Positions 37,454 to 51,700 of a stretch of 64,000 nt of DNA are shown piece by piece. The stretch is from Bugula neritina (taxonomy: Eukaryota; Animalia; Bryozoa), in contig OZ037766.1 of assembly GCA_964035545.1 (NCBI GenBank), forward strand, positions 11,274,722 to 11,338,721. The letters run 5' to 3'. The notes under the pieces are model-generated. The model was given only the letters and a program-made list of their open reading frames with translations, was not told where the DNA came from and did not search any database. Position numbers and translations under genes: made by a program. Positions within the stretch are counted from its first letter, which is position 1. Each line of letters opens with the position of its first letter.

Positions 37454-40400
37454 ATGATGGCAGCTGAAGCAGGAGATATTGAAGCCATCAACACAGGCTT
37501 GCAGCAAATGGCTCTAGGTATGGGAAAATAATAGCATTCATCTAATAATCAAACTGTAACCTGGCGAGCTCCAACACTTTGTGAAATATTGAGTTTTCTA
37601 TTGAAATTTTAAATAAGTTTGTAAATTTTAAATCAGAGTAACAGCTATCATGTCTAAAGTAATATTGTTATTTTACCAGGAATACATTGGGCTCAGTCTT
37701 TAGCAACTGATGATAACTTTGTTGACTGCATTGCATGTATTTGTTAAAAATTGCGCTTTTATAAGAATTGCGTGAAATTATTCTCAACCATATAAACCAG
37801 TGTAATAGTAATAAATAGAAACTCACAGCAATGTATTACAAAACTTTCAAATATTAATGCACTGACATCTTCATTGCTTGTATTGTGTACAAGTGCCCTA
37901 GATAAATAGTATTACTTATTTTCTGGCATATATGACTAGCAAATAACCATGTGAAAACATTCAACATAAAAGTGAAATCATAAAAAGTGAAGTATATTCT
38001 GCTGGTGCATATAATATTATTGGCAGTTTTAGGTGCAAAATATTATAGTGATTAAAGGGACACCAGTAGATCAAAACATCAAATCCTAAAGTGTATGTGC
38101 TATCATTACTAAATGTTGTTAAGTTTATGGTAGTCTAAGGTGGTAATTTTCTTTCAAGTGAGAATTACTCAATTTTTGATTAAAGGACGGTAAAATATTT
38201 ATGTAGACATAAATGTGCTAAAATTCAGTAAGGAATTTTACATTGACGAAGTTCAGAAAATTTATGTTTATAGTGAGATACACATTATAGGTCTATTTAG
38301 GATTCTATTATCATGTTGCACGTTTACATTGTTATGTTTTTATCTTGATAAACTTTTGTTTAAATCTATGTTATAAAATATAAATTATAAGTTTAGGATA
38401 TAACGTATTTCTTTTCAATTCTATTCAAGTTAGGCATATTTTATAAATAACGGTAAAAGCAAGGAAATGTTTTCATAGATGTACAAAAAAAATTGAATTT
38501 AAAACCTGAAGTTTATTATATTTGTGCTAAATTTTAATCTTACCTTCATACGTTAGCCCTTGTTTTAATAAATATTTTAGAAGATTAGATTTCATATTAC
38601 ATGTTTCAGTTATTTAGTTATTTTATTATTATATAGTGAAGATATACACATCGCAGACTAAAGGTAGTGATGAGACAGGTGATGGGTCTAAGGAGAAGCC
38701 ATACCAGTCTATAAAAAACGGAGTGAAGGAATCACTTGAAAAGAATGCTGAGATTTATTGCGATGCAAAACCATCAGAAAAAGATGGTGTTAAAGAAGTA
38801 GGACTGGTGTTTATTCACATGGTTTCATGCTAACTTTCTATGTTGTAAAATCAACCTTAATCATAAAATATATTCTAGCAATTTGTTAAATTGTAAAACT
38901 ATGTGGTATATTTTTAGGAAGAGTATGAATTGGTGGCAAAGGCACAGATCAAAAAATTAACAAAGATTTGTGCACGAGAAAAAATGAAAGAGGCAGAGGC
39001 TGATCAAAGAAATGTTTGTGTTATACATCATTGTTATATTTAATACTCGTGCGTGTGGTTTTACTAAATATTCTGGTCTTGTCACAGTTGCATTGTGTTA
39101 TATAAATTTGCATTATATGAAATAATATTAGAAGGTGATGTAATCTAAATACTTATCACAGGCTGAAAGTGCCAAGCGACATGAACAGAACTTGGAGGCA
39201 GCAAAAGGCATCACTATTTCAGAAGATAAGTCTTTGCCTGCAGCTGTCAAGATTAAAATACGGGATGCTGTGCAATACAGAGGTTAACCATCATCATATA
39301 TAGTTGCTGATCGAAAATAGTGGGCAATGATTGTAATAAATTTCATTACTCTTGTAATTGTGATATTTAAAAAAAAACCTTCGGTAATGCAATTGCTTCG
39401 TTCCATATTTCGCTTATGACATGAAAACTAGAATTGAGATTAAAAGTAAAATATACTAAATGCTTTTGGCCAAGGGTCTTGAAAATCTAAAATTTCTCTA
39501 ACTAAAATCATAAACAGCCGATTGTGTAATATTTTTAAAAAGATATTTTGCGTATCTCCTGTATCAGGTAGATGTGCTATTTATAGTTAGCAATATATTT
39601 GGTCAGGTAAAAGAATTGCAGCAGAGGCGTGGGTTCACAGGCTGAGAAGGCAAGGCAAGTCACTCATGTTTCTTATTTTAAGAGACGGGACTGGCTATCT
39701 CCAAGCTGTTCTCAATGACCTGATGGTATGTTCTTGTGTAACTGCATTTCTTCCTCTACATTTTCTAGTATTCTATAAGATTATATAGATATATAGTGTT
39801 CTTTAGCTCTATGTAGCATATGTTTTGTTTCTATTATACACAATGTAGCTTTGCTTATATATGTATTCAGTGCCAGACCTATGATGCTATGAGACTTACC
39901 ACTGAATGCTCAATCAGAGTTTGTGGAGTCTTGGAGGAAGTGCCCGAAGGACAACAGGTTAGCAGTCCTCACTCTTCAGCTCTTGAATATCGGCAAGTCA
40001 TGTGGTTTTACAGTTAGTTGAAGAATCTGTAAGCTATGAAGTGATGATCAGCTGCGTATATGTTTAGGCTCCGGGAAACCACGAGCTGAAAGCAGACTAC
40101 TGGGAGATGATAGGTGATTGCCCACCAGGTGGCGCTGATAGCCTGCTGAACGAGGATGCCAACGTTGATGTTCAGCTCACAAACCGGCACATTATGATCA
40201 GAGGAGAAAATGTAAGTTCGTTATTTGGTACTTTAAACTTGGTAGCATGTGTATTGTTCTGGTTTGGACAATAGTTAGGTTTAATTATGTTGTTTAGAGG
40301 TAGATCATCAGGTAGCTGTGTTTCTTAACATCACACTGATACATTCTGAGGTTTTGAAACTGGTATTTCTAACATGTGTATTGAATTTAGACATCCAAGA

Positions 40401-43400
40401 TATTGAAGATGAGATCTGTAGCCACACAGTGTATTAGAGAGCACTACTTCAGCAGAGGCTACTTTGAAGTATGTCCTCCAACTCTCGTACAAACCATGTG
40501 TGAAGGCGGATCCACTCTGTTCCATCTGGACTACTTTGGTGAACCGGTGAGTTGCTCATAGATATTCAGTCAAATAATATTACTGTTGCAGTTTATTTTT
40601 AAAATAGATCTTTAGTTTGTGCTATCAGTACAGTGTCAAACTTTTTGAAATATTTGGTATGCTCTCGCAGTGGAGTATAATTATTATTCTGCTTTTACTT
40701 TTTCCTTTTAGGAGCCAAAATACCCAAATTAGTTCAATTAAAAGTTTTACTATACGACTAAAATTGGAGTATTTACTTATATTACCACGTTGGTCTTTAG
40801 TATTGAATTGGGTTCGAGTTAGTGCTGTATTTAGTATTTGACCATCAAATCTTTTATTTTCAGTTCTGAATAGCTATCAAAAGTCTCAAATGTAGTGAAT
40901 AATGTTCACTTTTAAATGTAAATTTAGTAAATGTGTTTTTAACTTTAATAATTCGTTGTGTTGGGTTATTTTGTGTTCAATCCTTCTTATGCAGTACAAG
41001 CATGTCTATAATTATGACGTTAATGATGTAAATTAATCAGGTACATTATTGTATATTACGTTTAGGTCGTCTTCCCACACATGTTTAGCCTGATATAGAA
41101 ATTGTCTGCATTTCTAGTTCCGCAAGACTTCCTAAACTGTTCCATTAATCTTGCCGTGTATCAGTGATTTTTGTTAATCTGCTATACCTTTATTTTGATC
41201 CATCTATCAACATGCTATTAATCAGCCTTTACGCGTCTGGCATATCAGTCTTCCCTACGTTCAGCTAATCCTGCACCAGTAGTATCACTTATATGACCTG
41301 CGTTAATGACTGCATTGCCGGTTATATATGTTCATGAATAATATACTCATAAATTATATTTGGTGCAGGCACATGGTTATACTAAACGCATAGCAGGGCA
41401 AAAATGCTAAAAAGTTGAATCGGCATTCAACTATTTTTACATAACCTTTAAACTTATTGGGAAAATATTGCAATATACATCTGTTTATTGCTTTCACCAT
41501 CCTCTCAAACGTGACAATCATCAATTTTAAGTTATTAAAAATAACTTGAGAAGAAAATGAATCAAGATAATATTATGTACGGCTTGTCTCTCTTGAATTA
41601 CTTATACTGTTGCAATGGTGTTCTATCATGCAGGCATACTTGACCCAATCATCTCAGCTATACCTGGAGACGGCCATGCCCAGTATGGGCGATGTGTTCT
41701 GTATTGCTCAGTCCTACAGAGCAGAGCTGTCCAGGACGCGACGCCATCTTGCTGAGTACACGCAAGTGGAGGGCGAGTGTCCTTTCATTACATTTGATGA
41801 GCTGCTGGACAGGATAGAGGATTTGATATGTGACTCTGTAGACAGGATACTCAAGTCTCCCTTCAGTCAACTCCTCTACGACCTCAACCCAGTCAGTTCA
41901 CTCAATGCTGTTTTAGCCTGCTCAACTGTAACTTGTTTGTTATATAGCGTATTGCCATGTTATAGTGTATGGATACTTTTCCTAAATCAGCAGGGGTTAA
42001 ACACACTAAGCTTTTAATTAGTGTAAGAAATGTTATTTCCTTTAGTTTTATGAGTTGTAATATTGAAGCGTGAAATCTTTGGTAATTATCTCGTATGATT
42101 TAAAAATTAGTATTGCTGCATTTTGGAGAGATAACCAACTAATTAGCCAGTTTCTTATCTATCCCCTTCGTTACACTTTCAGTAATAATAGACAAAATTC
42201 TTAAAAGAATAATAAATTCAAAAATTCTTACTCATTAAAACATAAGCAATAGCTATTCAGTTCAATTAATAATATTAGAATAATAGATAGATAGTTGTTG
42301 ACATGCATGCATTTGCATCGTATATACTCTGTTATTAATAGAGTATACAGAATGGTATATATTTTATGCATCTTATTGGTTCCATGAGCATTTTTTGATA
42401 ACATGGTTTTTTTCATGCCAAGTATTAAGAATGGTTATTGGTTGCTATTTTATAGGGTTTTAAAGCACCTAAAAGGCCATTCAGGAGAATGACATATGCT
42501 GACGCAATTGTGTATCTGAAAGAGCATGACATTCGCAAAGACGATGGAACTTTCTACGAATTTGGAGATGTAAGCATTTTGGCAGCAATTGATGCTGTTG
42601 GATCTTTAAATTCAGTGTTTGCATCAGCTGAATTAGAGGCATTTTGATGTTTAGTGTTAGCAATAGAGACAACTCTAGTCAGCTATTCTACTATGTAGAG
42701 GGTAGACCACTTTTCAAAGTATTCACTTAGCACATGTCTATTTTTGGACATAATCAACACCTTGATGTCAGAAGATGTGTTGTATTCTATATATTATGTC
42801 TTGCATGCTGTAGCAGTCCTTGGTATGACATACAATAGACCTCTGCACTACCTCTACACTGTAGGTAATTTATTTCAGGATATTCCTGAGGCACCTGAGC
42901 GTAAAATGACTGACCAAATAAATGAGCCAATCCTCCTCACCAAGTTCCCTGCTCCTATCAAATCTTTCTACATGCCCCGGTGTGCTGACGACAACCGAGT
43001 TACGGAGTCGGTGAGTGTTGTTAATGCTTGCACCTCTCTTCATAGCACACATAAAAACTAGATCTCTCGCTCTATTATTCTATCTTTCAAATAGGTTTTG
43101 ACTTGAAATAAATTGTATAATAGTTATGAAATGGTAGTTTGAAACTAAACTATGTAATCTGTCTAAAATTAATAATGCTAGCAATACGTGGGAAGTATCC
43201 GCAGCATGAAAACTTTTTCAGTGATAACAGAAAATATTGAGTAATATTCTGCAACAGTTTCTAAAATAACTGCCTACATAATATTGTTCATTGCTGTTCA
43301 ATTAGTTTTTATCTTTTATATGCTAGCATCGGTTGTTTGAAATTTTAATAAAAAATGCTTTAAAGTCAAAGGGCAACAGGTTTTGCTTGCTTTTCAATTT

Positions 43401-45081
43401 TTTGCAAATCTGAAACAATTTCTTAAAAAAAATAGGAAGTCTGATTATAAATTGCTACTTCTTACTGATGTTTTGTTTTAAAAATGGCGGCATGTTGGTT
43501 TCGAACTTATTCAAAATTATTTACTGTTTTTCATGACCTTGTATAAATAGAAATGCTTTACAAATTTAAGTAATTGAAGTTCCTTGAAATCTCAATCAGC
43601 CCTGGAAGTCGTTCCAGCATGTCCCATAACTGGGCCTGTATTTAGAAACAAAATATTTTGAAAAAAATTTGGTTGTCTCATTTTTAAGTCTTTTTATTTT
43701 GACAAAAACACAATTTGATAACTTTTAAATTTACTGGCAACATTTTCTGGCATTACTAAATTCATGAAGTTGAGAGCAAAACATGATATTTCACTGACTG
43801 TTTAATTCTATGATTGAGCTTGAGTTTACTCACAGAACTATGTACTTCTCTCAATTAATTTCTTGCCGAGCGAGAAGAATCAAATCAGAAGTTGTGTCAC
43901 CATTAGTATTTGTATTTATCTATAAGCTCCTCATAAATATGCTACTCTGTAGGTTGATGTGTTGATGCCTGGTGTTGGGGAGATTGTTGGTGGCTCCATG
44001 AGATCCTATAAGATGGAGGAACTGGAAGCAGGTTTCAAAAGAGAAGGCATTGACCCTAAGCCCTACTACTGGTACACGGACCAGGTGAGCTCTCTACTGC
44101 TAAGCCTATGTAAGCTCTGTACAAGTCTTAACGTTTACCTACAGCATTGTTTTACACAAGTTGTGTTACAATGATTGTTGGTAATATTTGTGACATAGAT
44201 TTATTCTGTCCTCTATGCATAGGGGTCAATGTAGGACCTACTAGACTCTAGAGTATGTGCATGTGTGGGGTAAGGGTGGGGGTGTATTATTAATGAGTTG
44301 ATTGATAATACACCCACCAATAATTTATTAGTGCTAATACTGCTACCAATGCTGGCTTTAGAAATATTGTTGCCTGTGCAGTTAATATGTTGTATAAGCT
44401 ACAGTCTACACTATGGCAAGCTTGCCTACATACATTAGAGTTGAGTGTTCCTCTGCATGTGGTAACCACCAGTACACCACTTGACAGCAGAGGACATTTA
44501 ATTAATCACTGCCCCCCTCAGCCCCCTCCAATTCCAACACACTCTAAAAGTTGTCTTGACTTTCAGTAGGATATAAGCCTGTGCTGAACTATTAAATGTC
44601 TCCTGCCACTTTGCACTTTACTGGTTCTCACCAATGTAAAGTTTTGTAGACTGGTGAAATATATTGTATAGGATAAGAATTACACAAGTATATTGTAGTT
44701 GCCATTTATTACATAGTATATTCAGATAGCACCTTTACTTTCCTACAACAAACAACGTATTTTTAAGTGGTGCAGATTCAATCAGTTTCAAACCTTTTAC
44801 TGAAGCATAAAAAATACTAAGTAACAAGCAAACACCTTGAAAATATAAAGCTTCCAATAATCTTTTTTATAATTAATTGTTTTTGTACTAGATTTTTTTT
44901 CTGTAATGCTAACCCACAAGGTAAAGAACGGTTTATGTTGAATTTTCAGAGGAAATATGGGACTTGTCCACATGGAGGGTATGGAATGGGTTTGGAACGA
45001 TTCCTTACATGGATCCTTGGCCGTCATCACATTAGAGATGTGTGTCTCTATCCTAGATTTATTGAGAGATGTACTCCATAG
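37454..45081 (+). CDS. NARS1: Asparagine--tRNA ligase, cytoplasmic; 13 coding exons
   Basis: [14 protein letters not shown]; [28 protein letters not shown]; [10 protein letters not shown]; [16 protein letters not shown]; [12 protein letters not shown]; [15 protein letters not shown]; [12 protein letters not shown]; [10 protein letters not shown]; [16 protein letters not shown]; [11 protein letters not shown]. Confidence 0.97.
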
Positions 45082-46293
45082 ACTTCACTCCACCCCCCCC
45101 CCTCCTTGCCACTTTACATCTCATCAACAAGTTGTTTTGGTGTTGTAAAGTATTATAAGTTTTAAGTTTATACATCATGACTTTAAAGTTCAGCTCTATT
45201 TGTATCATAAATATTTCACGGAATCCATGGTATGTGTGTATGTACGGTTTTGTTGTGTATGCTTTCACTTTCAATTCAATAAATTTAGCATTACATTAAA
45301 CTATTTCACTTTTTGTGCTACTCTTCACTGCATCATTCCCACACTATAATATCTGTATGTCTGTCTTAGATTGTGGTAAACTATGCTAGATTCTAGCCAT
45401 GATAACATTTTGGCACTTTTGCTCTTAATCTCCTCAACTGCATTAAAATATATAATACATATACGAGTCTGGAAGATAAAATTGCCACTAACATATAAAT
45501 TTGTACCAGTCATTTGGCCGATATTTTGATTTAAAAACTAGGCTTTGGCTAGGGAATGAAATAAAAATATTGGGAAATGAATTTTAAAATAATTGGATGT
45601 TGAATAATTTTTGTATTTAATAAGACAACTCTTAATATAAAACTATTAGTAAAAAGTCAAAACTGGGAGTTTTCTTTCCTCTTATTTATAGATCGGCTCA
45701 TTAATACAATGCTTTGTGTAAACATAAATGAATCAATTACAGCTTGGCTTATTACTTGCTGTTCAGTGTTCTATGGGACTAGTTGTAATTGCTGCTGCTG
45801 CTGCTTCAGATTATGGCAGCTTCTTGCAATGAAAAACATTCTCTTACGGATTTAACTGAGGTTGGTACATCATAATCTACATAGCAATTCATGACTGACC
45901 TATAATAATTATGCATTTTCATTATGATATTTTCAGATCTTATAATATTAAATGGCATGAGGACTACTTGCATAATCATCGAATAACTACCATCTAATGT
46001 ATTCTATTGCTTCATTTTAAAACAAATTAGATAAACAAATTATTATCTACAAGTATAACCTTATAATTTTTATGTTGTTATAAGCTAGTAACAGTTATTT
46101 GTCAGCTTAACTGTGTGGTATTAACTGCTGGTCTCCTACTCAATTACGAAAATGTTTCATTGATTGCAACTTTCAAACCTGTTCTGTGTTTTAAGCCATT
46201 AATTAGGAAGCTGTAGGTTGTGTATCAGTCGCAAATACTGCAGCAGAAGGTTGCAATAAACAGTAGCAAGCAGCAATGCATTAGCGACATCAA

Positions 46294-46301
46294 TGACGTC
46301 A
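46294..46301. promoter_or_regulatory. Perfect CRE palindrome (TGACGTCA) upstream of the SLC6 gene
   Basis: ATGACGTCAT about 2.4 kb upstream of the first SLC6 coding exon; function is inferred only. Confidence 0.35.
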
Positions 46302-48707
46302 TAAGCTGCCAAGAGTTTCATTGAGCTTCTTCTCACCCATTAACTGCTTCCAATAATAAAATGTCAAAACGAAAGCTTGCCACTGGCAAAAGTAATTAAG
46401 TGCTCAGCAAATCAAATTATTATTATATTAGGCCGCCTTGGTAATGTATCATAAGACTGATGTATGGTTATAGCAACCCATGACCTTGAACTATAAAATG
46501 ATATTTTTACAGTTTACTTGAAAGTTTTACTTTTATTGAATTCTTTAAACTTAGGAATATCTAGTTCTGCCATACAATTCATTTTAAGGATTATTAAAGT
46601 CTAAAGAGAGCCAGCAACCTAATTACCCTAAAGATTTTACTAAGTTACTTCTCTAAAATTTATTAATGAGGTAATTTGGTACATAACTAACAACCCCTAA
46701 TTTACTGCTATATTTTTTTCAAAAATTAAAGACACTTAATAGTTACTTGTAACTGTTAGAATCATTTAGGAGGAAAAAAAGTATTCTTAGCAGTTGTACC
46801 AAATAAACCAACGCTGTAATACATTACAAGTCAGCACCATTTTGTCACATACCATCATACATACTGATATAACAATTACCAATATTCTTTTAAAGATTGT
46901 ATGTTGCTCTTGTATTCAAGCATTATTTTATTTTATTGTTTTTTTTCATCCAAATCAGCATTAGCAAAAAATTCAATTTGCCTAGAGTCAGTATGACAGC
47001 ATTGTTTTAATACAACATGTATGATAACATTTTTTAAAGTTACCTTCTAAACAGGTTTTCTTATTTTTCCATGAAATTTTATTAATCTAATCAAAATAAA
47101 ACAATCTAGCTATTGTATATTTTGCTTCTATTGATATATATTATAGTCAATTATTGCATATTTTTGTGAAATATCCATCAAAGCTTCACAAACATTTCTT
47201 TGATTATAAAATGCCAAATTTTAAAAACAAGGAAATAAATGCATAATGCATACATGCTGTTTATAATTAATAAGCACACTCTCCAGCCCTGAGTACAATT
47301 ACATAAAATCACCTATATGTTGGTTTATTCAACTGAGAACTTGTGACAGAACAATTAACAGTCTCTTGTGAATTTTTGGCATTCTTCCCAACAACATTAT
47401 GCTTTCATCTTTTAATCAATAAACCACTAGTACATTTTAGATGAGGTGATATTCGGTCACATTACAGCTAGTAATTCTATAACTATAGAACTTATGAAAA
47501 TACTAAAGAATTCATTTGTTAGCTCTGTTTACTAGATTAAAATATTTAAAATTAGCAACGACTACTCTTGGAAAAAAAACTGTATATTGACTCAAAAGTC
47601 AAGCTATATTTTCATTGTAACTGTTTGTTCTTGGTTTATTATTCAAATACCTCTTTTGTTCTTGGTGAAATGGTACATTGTTCTATCTTATTTGTATTTT
47701 TATGCCGCAATACAAGTGCCAATATAACAGTCCTAGCTTGTCAACTACATCAGCTTTCATCAATTTGAAAATGGCTTTGCTTAACTTGAATATCACTTTT
47801 TTAATAGATTGTTTTCACTTCTACGCCCATTTGTATTGTTATTAAAGTGTAAGGTATGCACTATTATGCAGTGTAGATTGGTTATATTCGCTGCAAATCA
47901 ATAAAGTGTAATAGCATGCCCAACTATATCAGGAAATGCTACAACATATACTCAAAGCTTATACACTTCAAATTTAAATAAGTGCAAAGATGCTATGTTC
48001 TCCTCAACTTATGTAGTTTGAAACTTACAACTAGTATATTTTATCAATTCCAGTGTAAATAATTTCTCAAGCATTAATTATCTTGTCTAGCCGTAATTAT
48101 AAATCAAATATGATCACTATAAGTTAATTATTGTTTTTATTAGAAGCCAATTATCCTATAATCAAAAGGGGATATATATATATATATATATACTACTTCT
48201 TTGGTTGAACATTATATGAGATAGTGTATTGTAAACCTTTCTATATAAGAAATATTGTTGATAAATTTAAATTCAACTGTAGTATTTTATATGCCTACTA
48301 TACTTTTTAAGGCATAACTACCAATTATTTTTACTAAATATATAATTTCTAATAGTACAACTAACAGTATTAATCAATTATTTTGGTTCTGTTCTATAAG
48401 TGAACGCATGCTTCATCAACTTGGGTTTTCAGTTATTTGTGTTTTAATCTTTGTAACGGTGCAACTAACTATTTGGAGCTGTTTAATCAGAGAGCCATCT
48501 AAACTCGCGCACAATTTGAGAAATAAAAAACCAGCTTAAAGAATCAATAAAAAAAATGTATGTTTAACTTCAAAGCAATTATGTGCAACAGTACTTTTAA
48601 GCTGTCCATTATTTTATAATTTCATACATAGATATTATGTACTCCCGGAAAACATGGGGGGGGGGGAAATGAGTTGAGATTTCCCATGGATGCGTTAAGC
48701 ATTCAAC

Positions 48708-51700
48708 ATGTTGTCACATGTAAACAATAAAAATGTTTGAACTTATAGCTAGTTACTTAATTTAGGAAGACCAGGCGGTCACTTGTGACACGGCTGAGGT
48801 AGTCCAGGAGGAGAGACCAAGTTGGGGAGGAAGATGTGACTTTTTCATGTCATGTCTATCATTCGCAGTTGGTCTCGGAAATATTTGGCGGTTTCCATAC
48901 TTATGCTATGAAAATGGCGGAGGTTAGCAGATAATGTATGAAAGTTTAAGAGTTTTTTCTGATTTTTATTACATGTTCTAATAATTATCTCCCCTGTTAC
49001 ATATTTTCATCTGGATCATTTCATATCATTATACTTACAACTCTTGCAGGAGCTTTTCTCATTCCTTACTGTATCATGATGGTGTTTGCTGGCATGCCAT
49101 TATTTTTCATGGAGCTATCCTTGGGACAATTTGCCGCTCAGGGTGCTATTAACGTCTGGGCTGTAAGCCCTTTGTTTAAAGGTGAAATAGCAGTTGGTAC
49201 TTTGTGTCTGGTTGATGGTGCATAACGTTGATAGTTAATGTAGTTACTTAGAACAACAGTTAATGTAATGCGTTACAATTTCTTTGTATAACATATGTAT
49301 GAAGTTAATATATTATTATAAACTTGCTATTTATTTATTGGGAACCCTATATACATATACATCAAATTTCAGTTAAAATATCCTTGCTTTTCTAACTCAC
49401 CTGCTAACTACCATTGGTGTAATTTGATATTTTCAATATGTGATTTTATTGCATTATACTATTATCTTTTATACAGGTACTGGATATGCCATGTTCTTGG
49501 TGTCTTTTTTTGTTGGCATATATTACATGATGCTGATTGCATGGGCCTTCCACTTTGTTTTTGCTTCTTTTCGCCGAGATGTACCCTGGAAAAGTTGCCA
49601 GAACGACTGGAATACAATTGGTTAGTTAATTTAACTAAATGCTCTCTAATTATAAACAAACTTGCTAGCATGACAATAAATCAGCAAATTCATTTACAAA
49701 TTCCTAAAATTCCAACAAAGTGTTATATTATATTTAAATGCATTTTCATCGCTTCTTCTTATCTCAATTTGAAGATTAAACTTTCTTAAATCATACCAAT
49801 ATGTAACGAGATTTTAATACAAACTGCAGTAGGAGTATATGGCTAACAGCTTCAAATATATATTATTTATAGCCTACCATGTTAGTATGCTAAATGGTAT
49901 GCACTGTATTAGCTGTATGCATTGAAGGTGTTTTTGCTGCCGGTGGTTGACAGCACTTCCGGTGCATTACACGGTGTGTACTCCAGTTTGTATTTTCAGC
50001 TTGCAGTGAACCTGAACAATACAGTAGCTGCGCATTAATGAATGGCACGTGGTTCAATCAAACTTGCTGGACAATAGAAGAAAATGGAGAAGATAACTAC
50101 AACTATTACACTAAGTTGTCAAATGATACTGGAAGAAAATCAGCAAGTGATGAATATTTTCAGTAAGACCTTAGAATAGAATTACTATAGAGTATAGAAT
50201 GACCAATTAATATGCTTGAATTGTCTTTCAGTACTCAGTATAGCTCACTTGTCTAACATAATTTTTGGGCAGTTTTCCAACAGCCATATATTACTTGGCG
50301 AAAGTAAAACAAAGAAATTAATTCTTCAAATTTACTGGGCAATTTTCCAACAGGTTTATAATCAGCTTATATGTTATCTGATGAAAAGGTGCTAAGCTAG
50401 TACTTAGTATTTCAATACATAGTTTTATATCAGTTTCGGTTTGGGTGTGAAATGGTGTGGTGCATTTTGAATACGGTAATTTAACTTACAGGTATCTCCA
50501 ATAATTAATGGTTTCTTATGTTTTTGTACTTTCCCCTCTCCCCCCCCCCTCCCCTTGCATAGCCTCAAAATGCACGAAGATCCTTTTGGTGTTGATTGAA
50601 CACATTTGAAAAGTAGTAAGCTTCACCAAATATGTGACCCAGGCAGTCAGAAAAGCACTTTGTGACAAAATTCACACTTTTAGTTATTGCTTGATTCTTA
50701 TTTGCCTCTTTATACTGATTGATTTGCACTTTAAATTTTTGAAATCGGACCACTATTATAATAGTAGTCCAATTTCAAAAATTTAAACTGCAAATCAATC
50801 AGTATAAAGAGGCAAATAAGAATCAAGCATTAACTGAAAATGTGAATTTTGTCACAAAGTGCTTTTCTGACTGCCTGGGTCACATATATCAAGTGCCAAA
50901 AATGCCATTAACACAGAACAACAAAATTAATACTAAAGTGTCAAATAATTGCCACATAATTTCAAGATTCTTAATTCAGGCTCAGCACTAATTGAAAGTA
51001 GAACAAGGAATTTTTTTTAAAATCAATATCTAAATGAGTTCAAAAATAAAAAAATACAGGACTAAACTTACGAATGAAAAAACTTTTGCTGACTTTTGAC
51101 AAATTTATATACTTGCATGCAAAACCAGGCCTATAATGAAAAAAACATTTGTGTCAATGTTCAAGCTCGATATTTAAGTTAATAATATCATGAGTGCTCA
51201 GTGAATAACTCCTATAATTTTATTTTTAGTTCACAAAAGTTTCAAATTGAGAGAGTTAATTTGATAATTTTATCTTTTAGCTCTTTTGTTGAAAATTGAT
51301 ATATGCATTAAAAAGTTTTATCAACATTGTTTGGTTTATTATTTGCGCACATTTATCAAATAGCTCTTGTTGTAAGTGTCTATAGTTGTTTTTGTTTTAA
51401 ACCAACATTTTTGTGCAACGTGTCAATTAATGTTGAATATGCATAAACTTCCTTATTGAATTATGGAAGCTTGACTTATTTCGCATAATAATAATACAAT
51501 CTACTTGTTGTAACATGTACAGTGCAGCTCCTGCTCAATCTATAAGCTATATCAATAGAATTAACTTTACATGAGTGCAATCTGTTTGATTCATAGTCCG
51601 CAGCATACCTTGCAACTAGTCAGCTTAATATGAAATACAGCACAAAATTGCCATATAATATTTAGTTAGTGTTATATTAGCTGAGTAAAATCAAGTTAAT

